Shown: positions 56,871 to 64,000 of the stretch, in pieces
Numbering within the stretch: the stretch's first letter is position 1
Layout: the number at the start of each line of letters is the position of its first letter
Assembly (NCBI GenBank): GCA_910577255.1
Contig: CAJTMH010000004.1
Span: 99,505-163,504, forward strand
Reading direction: 5' to 3'
Origin: an uncultured Duncaniella sp.
GTDB lineage: Bacteria; Bacteroidota; Bacteroidia; Bacteroidales; Muribaculaceae
Length of the DNA: 64,000 bases
Made by a program: the position numbers and the translations under genes
The notes under the pieces: model-generated
Databases searched by the model: none
The model's input: the letters and a program-made list of their open reading frames with translations, nothing else
What the model was told of the DNA's origin: nothing

Positions 56871-56967
56871 GTCTCACTTACTCTTTAACACAAACACGGA
56901 TTCACCGGCCGCCGGGAGCATTATGCCTTACCGGCCGGTGAATCCGTGCTATTTGAATAAGTGAGAC
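56871..56967. other. 97-nt nested inverted repeat (10-bp outer plus 16-bp inner perfect stems)
   Basis: Outer stem GTCTCACTTA (56871-80) / TAAGTGAGAC (56958-67). Inner stem CACGGATTCACCGGCC (56895-910) / GGCCGGTGAATCCGTG (56933-48). Confidence 0.45.
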
Positions 56968-56994
56968 ACTGCAAAATTAACAATTAATTTCGAT

Positions 56995-57237
56995 ATGACG
57001 ATATTTGAGATACTGAAATTCAACCGGGAACTGCTTGAAAGGCTACGCAATATCGGTGTGCGTCTCGAGGACACACGTTATATTGACCTTTTCGGTGAAT
57101 TCAACGATATGGTTCTTGCCGGGGAAAAGGTGTCCTATGCGGTAGCCGTCCTTGCCGAGAAATACGGTATCAGCGAAAGGAAGGTATATAGCCTTGTCAG
57201 GCATTTCCGCAATGACTGCAATCCGGGTGCAGTGTGA
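56995..57237 (+). CDS. small HTH protein, Mor/C-like transcription activator candidate
   Basis: 80 aa. C-terminal HTH AVAVLAEKYGISERKVYSLVRHF. Confidence 0.4.
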   Translation: MTIFEILKFNRELLERLRNIGVRLEDTRYIDLFGEFNDMVLAGEKVSYAVAVLAEKYGISERKVYSLVRHFRNDCNPGAV

Positions 57238-57307
57238 TTGGTCTTTGCCGTGGTGAAGGGGTGTCTCCCCTGCTCTACCTTTGCATCATCACCAACGACA
57301 AATCATC

Positions 57308-57952
57308 ATGGCAAAAAACAAATACCATCAAATTCTTGCCCGTATCCTTTCGGAGGGCAAGACACAGACCAACCGCAAGGGAGATATACTCTATCTGATC
57401 AACCAGTCACTGTCTCTTACACCGGGCGACCTCCTCGATATTTTTGAGGAACACGGCATTGCCCGGAAGAAACTGCGCACCGAGCTTCAGCTTTTCATGC
57501 AGGGTGAAAGTTCAGTGGAGCGATACCGCGAGGTCGGCATCAACTGGTGGGATTACTGCGGCTCCATACTCATCAATTCCTATCCCACTTACTTCGAGAA
57601 GCTGCCCCCGCTCATCGACCGTATCAACCGGGAAAAGCGCAATTCAAAGAATTATGTGCTGTTCCTCAGTGAGACCAACGCCCAATCAAATCAAACGCCG
57701 TGCCTGTCGCTTGTGCAGTTCCAGATCGACGAGGGCGAGCTTGTACTAACCGCATACCAGCGCAGCTCTGACGCAAGTCTCGGTCTTCCCGCCGACATAT
57801 ACCATCTCTACCTTATGGCAAAGCACATTGATGTGCCGCTCAAGTCCATCACGCTGTTCCTCGGCAATGTGCATATCTACGAAAATAATATTGACAACAC
57901 CCGCAAGCTGCTCTCCGGCAACGATACGGTAAGATTCAAACTCAACGTATGA
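57308..57952 (+). CDS. thymidylate-synthase-family pyrimidine C5 transferase, predicted cytosine-nucleotide specific (dCMP hydroxymethylase/methylase-like)
   Basis: Aligns by eye to E. coli ThyA: NRKGD (DRTGTG), TPCLSLVQFQ (catalytic Cys132), YQRSSDASLGLPADIY (QRSCDVFLGLPFNIASY) and GNVHIYENN (GDTHLYSNH). Asp163 replaces ThyA Asn177. Confidence 0.75.
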   Translation: MAKNKYHQILARILSEGKTQTNRKGDILYLINQSLSLTPGDLLDIFEEHGIARKKLRTELQLFMQGESSVERYREVGINWWDYCGSILINSYPTYFEKLPPLIDRINREKRNSKNYVLFLSETNAQSNQTPCLSLVQFQIDEGELVLTAYQRSSDASLGLPADIYHLYLMAKHIDVPLKSITLFLGNVHIYENNIDNTRKLLSGNDTVRFKLNV

Positions 57953-58803
57953 GCAAACTGTATATGTCCGCGCCATTGCCTTTCGTAGGGCAAAAGCGCA
58001 TGTTCGCCAAGCACTTCATAGAGGTTATAAAGCAATATCCCGCCGGCACCGTATTCGTTGACCTGTTCGGAGGCTCCGGATTATTGTCGCATATCACAAA
58101 ACACTTCCATCCCGATTCAACAGTGATATATAATGACTTTGACGGATACCGCCGGCGCATCGACAACATATCGCGCACCAACCATCTGCTGTCATTGATC
58201 CGTCCCATCGCATCCCGGTTCCCGCGCCATAAGCCGGTGACCGGCGATGCCCGGGAGGAGATATTCCGCATACTGGAATCGGAGGAGCGAGAATCAGGAT
58301 TCCTTGATTTCATCACCATTTCGTCATCGTTGATGTTCTCAATGAAATACAAGATGTCAATCCCTGAGATGCGCAAGGAAGTTCTTTACAATAATGTCCG
58401 CAAATCCGGGTATGCCGAATGCCCGGATTATCTCGAAGGGCTTGAGATAACCTCGTGTGACTACAAAGAGCTTTTCGAAAGATATCGAAACATCCCGGGA
58501 GTTGTATTCCTTGTGGACCCACCGTACCTCTCAACTGATGTCGGCACCTACCGTATGTATTGGCGACTCGCCGATTACCTCGATGTGCTGTCGGTACTCC
58601 CGAGGCATAATTTCATCTATTTCACGTCCGAAAAATCATGCATTGTGGAGCTGTGCGAGTGGATGGGTCGGAACCCGGCTCTCGGCAACCCGTTTGCCCG
58701 ATGCCGGCGCAAGGAATTCAACGCCACCATGAATTATAATGCAGGATACACCGATATTATGCTTTTCACAGACCCGGGCGCGCAACCATCACGCCAAATT
58801 TAG
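57949..58803 (+). CDS. DNA N6-adenine methyltransferase (Dam-like, alpha-class motif order)
   Basis: Motif I FVDLFGGSG near the N-terminus and motif IV DPPY downstream. The ATG overlaps the upstream stop (ATGA). Confidence 0.8.
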   Translation: MSKLYMSAPLPFVGQKRMFAKHFIEVIKQYPAGTVFVDLFGGSGLLSHITKHFHPDSTVIYNDFDGYRRRIDNISRTNHLLSLIRPIASRFPRHKPVTGDAREEIFRILESEERESGFLDFITISSSLMFSMKYKMSIPEMRKEVLYNNVRKSGYAECPDYLEGLEITSCDYKELFERYRNIPGVVFLVDPPYLSTDVGTYRMYWRLADYLDVLSVLPRHNFIYFTSEKSCIVELCEWMGRNPALGNPFARCRRKEFNATMNYNAGYTDIMLFTDPGAQPSRQI

Positions 58804-58830
58804 CCGTTTATTCGCCCATATAACGCAATA

Positions 58831-58869
58831 GAGCCGTCACCCGATAAAGGTAACGGCTCCCGTTGTTTT
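58831..58869. terminator. bidirectional terminator between convergent genes
   Basis: GAGCCGTCACC...GGTAACGGCTC hairpin followed by CCGTTGTTTT. Confidence 0.5.
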
Positions 58870-58886
58870 AATGCGACACGTGGCGT

Positions 58887-59390
58887 TTATGGGGCTTTGG
58901 GCGCAGCACTCTTGATGGCTACGTAGCTGTAAACCTCGATGCTCTCCACAATATCCTCATGGTCGTGGTTGGTGTGGGACTCGGCGAGTTGGAAGTCTTT
59001 GAAGGTCTCGCCATCGATGCCGGCGATCACATCATGGATTTTATCGGGCAGATCAAGGTCTATCCCGACACCGGCAAAATCCTTATATGCCGGAGCCCAG
59101 TCAGTAACTATATGCAGTCTGACATTAGCCTCGGCACGGTATTCCACCGCCGGAACAATGTCATTCCAACGGATAGGCTCGAATTCGATGAACACCGCCG
59201 GACGCTCCCATGGAGTGTCCTGATCGATGAATTCGACATTGCGGTTCCACAGGTCGATATGCTTTATAGCCCGAGGATAAAGTTCGTCATCGACATCCGC
59301 TTCATCCGGTCTTGTGTAATATTCCCCGGCAGCGTTTACGCAAAGAGCCTCAAGCCGGGTCTTGATCGCGTTGTATAATTCCTTTCTCAT
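58887..59390 (-). CDS. hypothetical phage structural (neck/tail-completion?) protein
   Basis: 167 aa, translationally coupled to the upstream morphogenesis gene (4-nt overlap). Confidence 0.45.
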   Translation of the reverse strand: MRKELYNAIKTRLEALCVNAAGEYYTRPDEADVDDELYPRAIKHIDLWNRNVEFIDQDTPWERPAVFIEFEPIRWNDIVPAVEYRAEANVRLHIVTDWAPAYKDFAGVGIDLDLPDKIHDVIAGIDGETFKDFQLAESHTNHDHEDIVESIEVYSYVAIKSAAPKAP

Positions 59391-59983
59391 TTCTCGTTTA
59401 TGTCAAAATCAATTTTGAAGTATTCTGTTATATTTTCCTCGATTATCTCCCTGACGGTTGCCTCGACCTCGGGAGATGTGCCGATGAATTTGCGCTGTGG
59501 TATCTTGATTGTCCTGCCGACCTTCATCAATGCCATGAATTTCCAGAACTCGGCTTCGGTGGACAGCTGTATGGTTCTTTTGTCATTGCGCCGGGTCCCG
59601 TCCTTCTTCCTGCCGAAGGAACCGGTGGCTTCGTAATACTTGTGCCAGAAAAACCGCTTCATGCGTTCTGTTACCTTTATCTCCCCGCCTTCGTTGTGGA
59701 TGGCGGCCGCCGGGTGATCCGAGCGGAAAACTATGCTGCTGTCCTTCCTGACACTGTAAATGCTCCGGCGAAGACCGCCGGTGTCCACGAGTATCAGACC
59801 GCCGGGACGGGTCGGACTTTTTCGCCGTTGCCATGCCTGAGTGAAAAAAGCCTGACGCTCGAAGTTCCGGTCGAACTCGTCGGTCAGCTCAACCTCGATA
59901 TCCCGGAGTATGTTCCGGATCACACGCTCGAAATCATTGCTCATCATCGTCATCGAATAGTGATGGCTGTATATTGCTGTCAA
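59387..59983 (-). CDS. virion morphogenesis protein (Mu G-like); start uncertain (Met at 59953/59947/59944 possible)
   Basis: FERQAFFTQAWQRRKSPTRPGGLILVDTGGLRRS pattern is typical of the Mu gpG / tail-completion S family. Confidence 0.55.
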   Translation of the reverse strand: MTAIYSHHYSMTMMSNDFERVIRNILRDIEVELTDEFDRNFERQAFFTQAWQRRKSPTRPGGLILVDTGGLRRSIYSVRKDSSIVFRSDHPAAAIHNEGGEIKVTERMKRFFWHKYYEATGSFGRKKDGTRRNDKRTIQLSTEAEFWKFMALMKVGRTIKIPQRKFIGTSPEVEATVREIIEENITEYFKIDFDINEK

Positions 59984-60170
59984 CGAATCCCGGCTTGGTC
60001 GGTGCTTTCAGCAGGTTATAAAACGTCCGTTCGCTGAAACCATACAAAGGATATATGTACCTCAGCCATATCTCCCTGTTGGGGATGCCTTGCTTGGCAT
60101 ATTGGTCATATATCCTGTTGGTGTCAGCGACTCGCTTTTTGTAACTTATTCCGGGTTTCTTTTTTGACAT
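59934..60170 (-). CDS. small basic hypothetical protein (possible DNA-binding)
   Basis: 78 aa, Lys-rich N-terminus and acidic tail DDDDEQ. Confidence 0.4.
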   Translation of the reverse strand: MSKKKPGISYKKRVADTNRIYDQYAKQGIPNREIWLRYIYPLYGFSERTFYNLLKAPTKPGFVDSNIQPSLFDDDDEQ

Positions 60171-60175
60171 TCAGC

Positions 60176-60370
60176 TCATCGATGTTTCTTTGGTTCCGGT
60201 TTATACGGTCTGATGTCGAGGATCATTTCGCAGCTCACTGTCACTCTGCCGCTCCCCTCGCACTGGAGGCACGTGTGGGTCTCCCCTTCCTCGTCACCGG
60301 GGACTCTGCCCGAGCCTTTGCAGACCCGGCAGAGTGCCACTTTCGGAGGACGTGATATTTCTCGTTTCAT
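60176..60370 (-). CDS. mini zinc-finger protein with two DnaJ-type CxxCxGxG motifs
   Basis: Start set at MKREISRPP. Motifs CRVCKGSGRV and CLQCEGSGRV. 64 aa. Confidence 0.55.
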   Translation of the reverse strand: MKREISRPPKVALCRVCKGSGRVPGDEEGETHTCLQCEGSGRVTVSCEMILDIRPYKPEPKKHR

Positions 60371-60888
60371 ACTACGCTCTCCTCCTTTTTGGGTTCGACG
60401 AAGAAGGTCTCCTCCTGCACCACCGAGATGCCGCAACGTGCGAGGTTGGCTGCCACTGTCTCATCTTCTCGGTCGGCGAGAAGTTTGTCCTTGGCTATCT
60501 CCTCGGTGGCACGGATATGACCGGGCAGGAACTCTTTGATGAGCTGCAGTGCGCTTGCCCATGTGAACCCCTTGAGAGTTTTGAGCTTTGGGGTACCGGT
60601 GCGGAACCCGATGGTGCCATGCACCATGTCGAGGCTCTTTTTCTTTGAGAACAGCTCCGACTGGTTTTCGGTGGCGAAAGACTGAAGTGTCTCAAACGCT
60701 TCGTCCTGTGTGGTCTGCAGCTGTGAGAGTCTTTCCTGATGCTTCTCTCGAATACGTGCGCACTGGAGCTCGATGTCTGCAGTGATTTTCGCACGTTCTG
60801 CGTCTGCCTTGGCGTAAACTGCGAAGGCTTCCTCGGCCGCGTCTTTTGACACGCCGGTGATGATTGTCTTTTTTGCTCTTTTTGCCAT
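60367..60888 (-). CDS. gam: Mu Gam-like host-nuclease inhibitor protein
   Basis: Start set at MAKRAKK. Coiled-coil N-terminal half and a beta-rich C-terminal half colinear with Mu Gam (173 aa). Confidence 0.75.
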   Translation of the reverse strand: MAKRAKKTIITGVSKDAAEEAFAVYAKADAERAKITADIELQCARIREKHQERLSQLQTTQDEAFETLQSFATENQSELFSKKKSLDMVHGTIGFRTGTPKLKTLKGFTWASALQLIKEFLPGHIRATEEIAKDKLLADREDETVAANLARCGISVVQEETFFVEPKKEESVV

Positions 60889-60910
60889 ATAGTTTTGTTG
60901 TTGATGGTGA

Positions 60911-61081
60911 TTATTCATCTATCGGGAACACCGTGTCGGTGTCATCGCTGTATTCGGCTATGTCAGCCTGACTCGTGGTCCATTCAGCAAGTTCACGCAT
61001 GAGGTTTATATAATCCTCGTTCTCCATGTCGGAGGTATGGAGCTGAATGAAGTTCTTGATTTGTTGTATTACCCTTTTCAT
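60911..61081 (-). CDS. small acidic hypothetical protein (56 aa; below the ORF-track cutoff)
   Basis: The ATG at 61081-61079 lies 1 nt after the upstream stop. Reads MKRVIQQIKNFIQLHTSDMENEDYINLMRELAEWTTSQADIAEYSDDTDTVFPIDE*. Confidence 0.4.
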   Translation of the reverse strand: MKRVIQQIKNFIQLHTSDMENEDYINLMRELAEWTTSQADIAEYSDDTDTVFPIDE

Positions 61082-61082
61082 T

Positions 61083-61568
61083 TCAGTTATAGCTTGTCAT
61101 GCCGGGACCGGCAAGGTTGATAAGATAAGTTATTCGCTCGGTTGGGGCCGGAGCCTGTTCAGGCTGTTCCTTCTTGCGCTGCCATCCCTTGCGCTTGATT
61201 GAGCGGAGTTTGGTCGCAAGTTCCATCAGTTCTTCGATTGACAGCTGACCGAAGGCTTTGCCGGCTATTCTCGGGTGACGGCAGAAATCGTTGATCTGCG
61301 CCCAGTCGGTAGTATCAACCTCAAGCTCCTGCATCAGCTTAAGGACTATGCTGCGGCGACGCTTCAGCTCGTCCTTGGTGCCGCTCATTCCCTCGATGGC
61401 GGTGCAGAGGTCGGAGTATTCTTTCCGGGTCATCTCCTTGAGGGAGTCGGTGCGCCCGGCGGTGTACTGCAGCACGAACTGACGCTTTGCCTCGTCCGGC
61501 TCTCCATGTATGGTGAGCTTATGGAAAGCGGAGTAGAACCGCCCGAAGTTAGTTACCTGCTGTTTCAT
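61083..61568 (-). CDS. hypothetical early protein (GemA/gp16-like by position)
   Basis: 161 aa. The family call is weak and based on position. Confidence 0.35.
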   Translation of the reverse strand: MKQQVTNFGRFYSAFHKLTIHGEPDEAKRQFVLQYTAGRTDSLKEMTRKEYSDLCTAIEGMSGTKDELKRRRSIVLKLMQELEVDTTDWAQINDFCRHPRIAGKAFGQLSIEELMELATKLRSIKRKGWQRKKEQPEQAPAPTERITYLINLAGPGMTSYN

Positions 61569-61767
61569 TGCTCTTGCTCTGTTCTTGTTTGTAGTGAAGC
61601 ATTGCCATCAGGGTTTCTTCTGACAGATGTTTTGCCACCCCTAAGAAATATGTGTCCACATACTCGGCGATTGCCCATTCAGAAGCATATTCAAGGTTCT
61701 TCTCGATGAATTGAGCTTTTTCGGTTCGGCCTAACTGCCGAAAGGCTTGATTGATGTTTTGTGCCAT
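61549..61767 (-). CDS. hypothetical early protein
   Basis: 72-aa ORF in the early operon. Confidence 0.4.
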   Translation of the reverse strand: MAQNINQAFRQLGRTEKAQFIEKNLEYASEWAIAEYVDTYFLGVAKHLSEETLMAMLHYKQEQSKSNETAGN

Positions 61768-61771
61768 AATC

Positions 61772-61990
61772 TTATCTTTTATTAGGTTTCCACTCTACTG
61801 TTACCACGGCAATGACCTCGCCGGTTCCCTTGCAGTCGGGGCACTCCTCCATCGATGGGCCTTCGACCGTATCAATCGGGAATCCTCCCCTGCCGTTGCA
61901 ATAGCGGCATGTCATCGGAGCGGAAACAAACGCCTCATTATGGATGCGCCCGGAAGGTTCAAGCTCCACTATCTGTTTCTTTATGCTCAT
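61772..61990 (-). CDS. mini zinc-finger protein with two CxxCxGxG motifs (second copy)
   Basis: Motifs CRYCNGRGG and CPDCKGTGE. 72 aa. Confidence 0.55.
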   Translation of the reverse strand: MSIKKQIVELEPSGRIHNEAFVSAPMTCRYCNGRGGFPIDTVEGPSMEECPDCKGTGEVIAVVTVEWKPNKR

Positions 61991-62618
61991 CTTTTTCTAT
62001 GTTGTTTGACGTTCTTAACTCTCCTTCTTCCCATATTGTGTAGCAGCTGCCCGGATCTCCGGTGAAGCGCCCTTGACAATAAGCCTTGTAGCCTACCACT
62101 CGGATTTTAATTCCGGCTTTGTATTTGAGTCGCCCTGCCGGTTTGCCGGCTGGTTCCCCTTTATACTCCTGCGATATGAATATGAAACTCTTGCGATGGA
62201 AACGGCTTATCAGCTCCATGAATTGATCGTAAGTGATTCCGCTCTCCTGAAAGCTGTCGATTATGACGAACTTTGCGCTCTTAGGGCGACCGAGTCTCTC
62301 AGCAAGTTCCTCGTAGGTGTCATCAGTGATCACGCGGAATCGCCCCTGCACCTCACTCATCCTTTCACGCTTTATTCGCATCTGGAACGACTGACTTATT
62401 CCTTCCTCATAGCTCAAATACAGGGTGGTCCCGTAGTTGCATAATTCCTTGGCAAGCTGCATCACGAAGCTGCTCTTGCCGGATGCCGAGGCGCCACTGA
62501 TAAACCATGTCTCGTTGACTGGCACCTCACCAAATGGACCGCTCCATTTCTCGCCCCATGGTAAGGTCTTGTATTTTTTGGCGAGAACCTCTTTCGGACT
62601 GTATGCTCGCTTTGCCAT
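61959..62618 (-). CDS. P-loop NTPase (RecA/KaiC-superfamily-like)
   Basis: Walker A GASASGKSS and Walker B-like FVIIDSFQE. 219 aa. Confidence 0.6.
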   Translation of the reverse strand: MAKRAYSPKEVLAKKYKTLPWGEKWSGPFGEVPVNETWFISGASASGKSSFVMQLAKELCNYGTTLYLSYEEGISQSFQMRIKRERMSEVQGRFRVITDDTYEELAERLGRPKSAKFVIIDSFQESGITYDQFMELISRFHRKSFIFISQEYKGEPAGKPAGRLKYKAGIKIRVVGYKAYCQGRFTGDPGSCYTIWEEGELRTSNNIEKDEHKETDSGA

Positions 62619-62620
62619 CG

Positions 62621-62851
62621 TTACTTCTTCTCTTGAGTCTTTTTCAATTCTGCTATAAGCAAATCTGCCTCTGCCACAGCGTCCTTAACATCATCCTCTC
62701 TTGATGTCAAGAGTTTTCTGCGTTCCATATAGACAGCAAACGCTATCTCATATCGACGCTGCTCCCAATCGGGCTCAGCATCCTGTGCCTTACGCATCAT
62801 TCGGTTGATATTGATCACCGAATCCATATATTGTTTTTCAATCACAGTCAT
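62621..62851 (-). CDS. hypothetical early protein
   Basis: 76-aa helical ORF, tightly packed. Confidence 0.4.
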   Translation of the reverse strand: MTVIEKQYMDSVININRMMRKAQDAEPDWEQRRYEIAFAVYMERRKLLTSREDDVKDAVAEADLLIAELKKTQEKK

Positions 62852-62853
62852 AA

Positions 62854-63129
62854 TTATTTACGTTTTGAGGTTTTATGGGGAAACTTGTAACACCATCCCA
62901 TGATTTTTTCCAACTTGATGCCTTCGGGCAAAAGGCCAAATGTATTTACCTTTACAATACCCAACTTAGGACATACACGGCCTAAATGAAGGTCAATATA
63001 CTTGCCGTCCTTAAAGACCACTCGAATTTCACGACGCTTGTTTGCTTTCGTTAACTCTGACGGATCCTTCAGCACTCTACGGCTCCCGTCCGCAAACGTG
63101 ACTTTAATCTTGTAATCCATCATAGTCAC
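62854..63129 (-). CDS. hypothetical early protein
   Basis: 91-aa ORF with a 4-nt overlap with the upstream ATPase gene. Confidence 0.4.
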   Translation of the reverse strand: MTMMDYKIKVTFADGSRRVLKDPSELTKANKRREIRVVFKDGKYIDLHLGRVCPKLGIVKVNTFGLLPEGIKLEKIMGWCYKFPHKTSKRK

Positions 63130-63998
63130 GCCATTTTAAGTTTTTCAATTTCGGTATACACACGGCGCAGACCGCCGGCACTCTTTCTCACGATCACACC
63201 GATATCGGTGCCTTCCGGAGCGTTGACCTTAGCCACAACGCGAGCTTGCTCTTTCAGGAATGCCTCACGTTCACGTCCGTCATCCGGGGTTATCCTGCTG
63301 TAACGGTCTCCGTAACGGCTGAACATCTCGGCATAACCAACCTTGTTGCACTCGATGGAGCGGTTGATTTTCGCCTTGAGTCCGTCGGCGCCCATCATAT
63401 ACCATGCGCAGCACCGCTCGGTGGCGTTCCAAAGTGCCTTCAATTCGAGGAAGGCTTCATACTGGAGGTCGCCGGCTTCGTCAAGTATGATCAGCGGGGT
63501 GTCTATTGAGCGAAGGTAGAACACAAGGTCGGCATACACATCCGAGTATGACCCTCTGGTGTTGGAACCGAACTCGGTCGCTATCTTGCGAACGAGCTTC
63601 AGCTTGGTCTTGACCTGCGAACAGTCGATGTAGACCGCATTCGGATGGGTCTTGACATAATGCCGGGCGGTAAAGGTCTTGCCGATATTGGGAAGGTCAC
63701 ACAACAGACCGCTCAACCCACGCTCCTGTATGAATTCGAGCTGCGTAGTGATATACTTGAAGGTCTCGGTCTTGGCTGCCTTCCATTCTATCCCGCCACG
63801 GAGATTGACCCCGAGCTTGCGGGCTATGCTCATCCAGTTGCCGTCGCTAAGGACACGCTCGGTCTGCCCGTTCTTGATGGAGCTGTATGCCGAGGTTGTC
63901 ACCCCGAGTGAAGCGGCGTGTTTGGCATCGCTCGGGTAATTTGTCCGGGCTGCCCTTATCGCTTCTGCGATTTTGTTTCTGATTTCTGTTGTAATCAT
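63126..63998 (-). CDS. MuB-like AAA+ transposition ATPase with N-terminal HTH
   Basis: HTH (AASLGVTTSAYSSIKNG), Walker A LPNIGKT and Walker B LIILDEAGD. 290 aa, in the position expected downstream of a transposase gene. Confidence 0.75.
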   Translation of the reverse strand: MITTEIRNKIAEAIRAARTNYPSDAKHAASLGVTTSAYSSIKNGQTERVLSDGNWMSIARKLGVNLRGGIEWKAAKTETFKYITTQLEFIQERGLSGLLCDLPNIGKTFTARHYVKTHPNAVYIDCSQVKTKLKLVRKIATEFGSNTRGSYSDVYADLVFYLRSIDTPLIILDEAGDLQYEAFLELKALWNATERCCAWYMMGADGLKAKINRSIECNKVGYAEMFSRYGDRYSRITPDDGREREAFLKEQARVVAKVNAPEGTDIGVIVRKSAGGLRRVYTEIEKLKMA

Positions 63999-64000
63999 AT

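Larger units (their letters stand above)
31018..64000 (-). mobile_element. Mu-like transposable siphovirus prophage, partial (continues past window end)
   Basis: Contiguous phage gene set bounded at 31018-31077 by phased terminal repeats: MuB-like ATPase, Gam, Mor-like regulator, Mu gp29/F/G/gp36-like genes, terminase, protease, capsid, lysis genes, tape measure, tail genes and a DGR. Transposase not seen; expected beyond 64000. Confidence 0.8.

Overview
The first ~31 kb is ordinary Bacteroidales-type chromosome. Evidence: T9SS C-terminal sorting domains, TAnnTTTG -7 promoter boxes, and the genes pyrE, tRNA-Leu, rex, gltX, argC, a split MacAB-TolC efflux operon, parC, padR-pspC, a Xer recombinase, hpf and ndk. 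From ~31.0 kb to the window end lies at least 33 kb of a Mu-like transposable siphovirus prophage. It encodes a MuB-like ATPase, Gam, a Mor-like regulator, Mu gp29/F/G/gp36-like head genes, terminase, protease, capsid, lysis genes, tape measure and tail genes. The transposase is presumably beyond 64000. Three phased CGAAA-core repeats mark the visible prophage end at 31018-31077.

The main system of interest is a diversity-generating retroelement (DGR) on the minus strand.
- It consists of a 491-aa tail-tip target gene whose 3' end carries the variable repeat (VR, 33813-33934), an Asn-codon-rich non-coding template repeat (TR, 33395-33516) and a 546-aa reverse transcriptase (RT).
- The cassette is atypical. 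Half of the TR/VR mismatches are not at template adenines, the RT catalytic box reads FADN instead of YxDD, no avd gene is present, and the RT has a ~180-aa C-terminal extension.

Other items worth follow-up:
- a thymidylate-synthase-family enzyme with Asp at the pyrimidine-discriminating position (predicted cytosine specificity), translationally coupled to a Dam-like methyltransferase
- a T6 run / T_TTT_TTC site at the portal stop that opens a start-less, protein-like frame into the Mu-F-like gene
- a canonical -1 frameshift in the tail chaperone genes
- a lysis cassette between the capsid and tail genes that includes a unimolecular-spanin-like protein
- two paralogous putative small RNAs in the host part
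- a ~340-nt structured leader upstream of a 1339-aa T9SS cargo gene

All calls come from reading the sequence and ORF translations. No database search was run.
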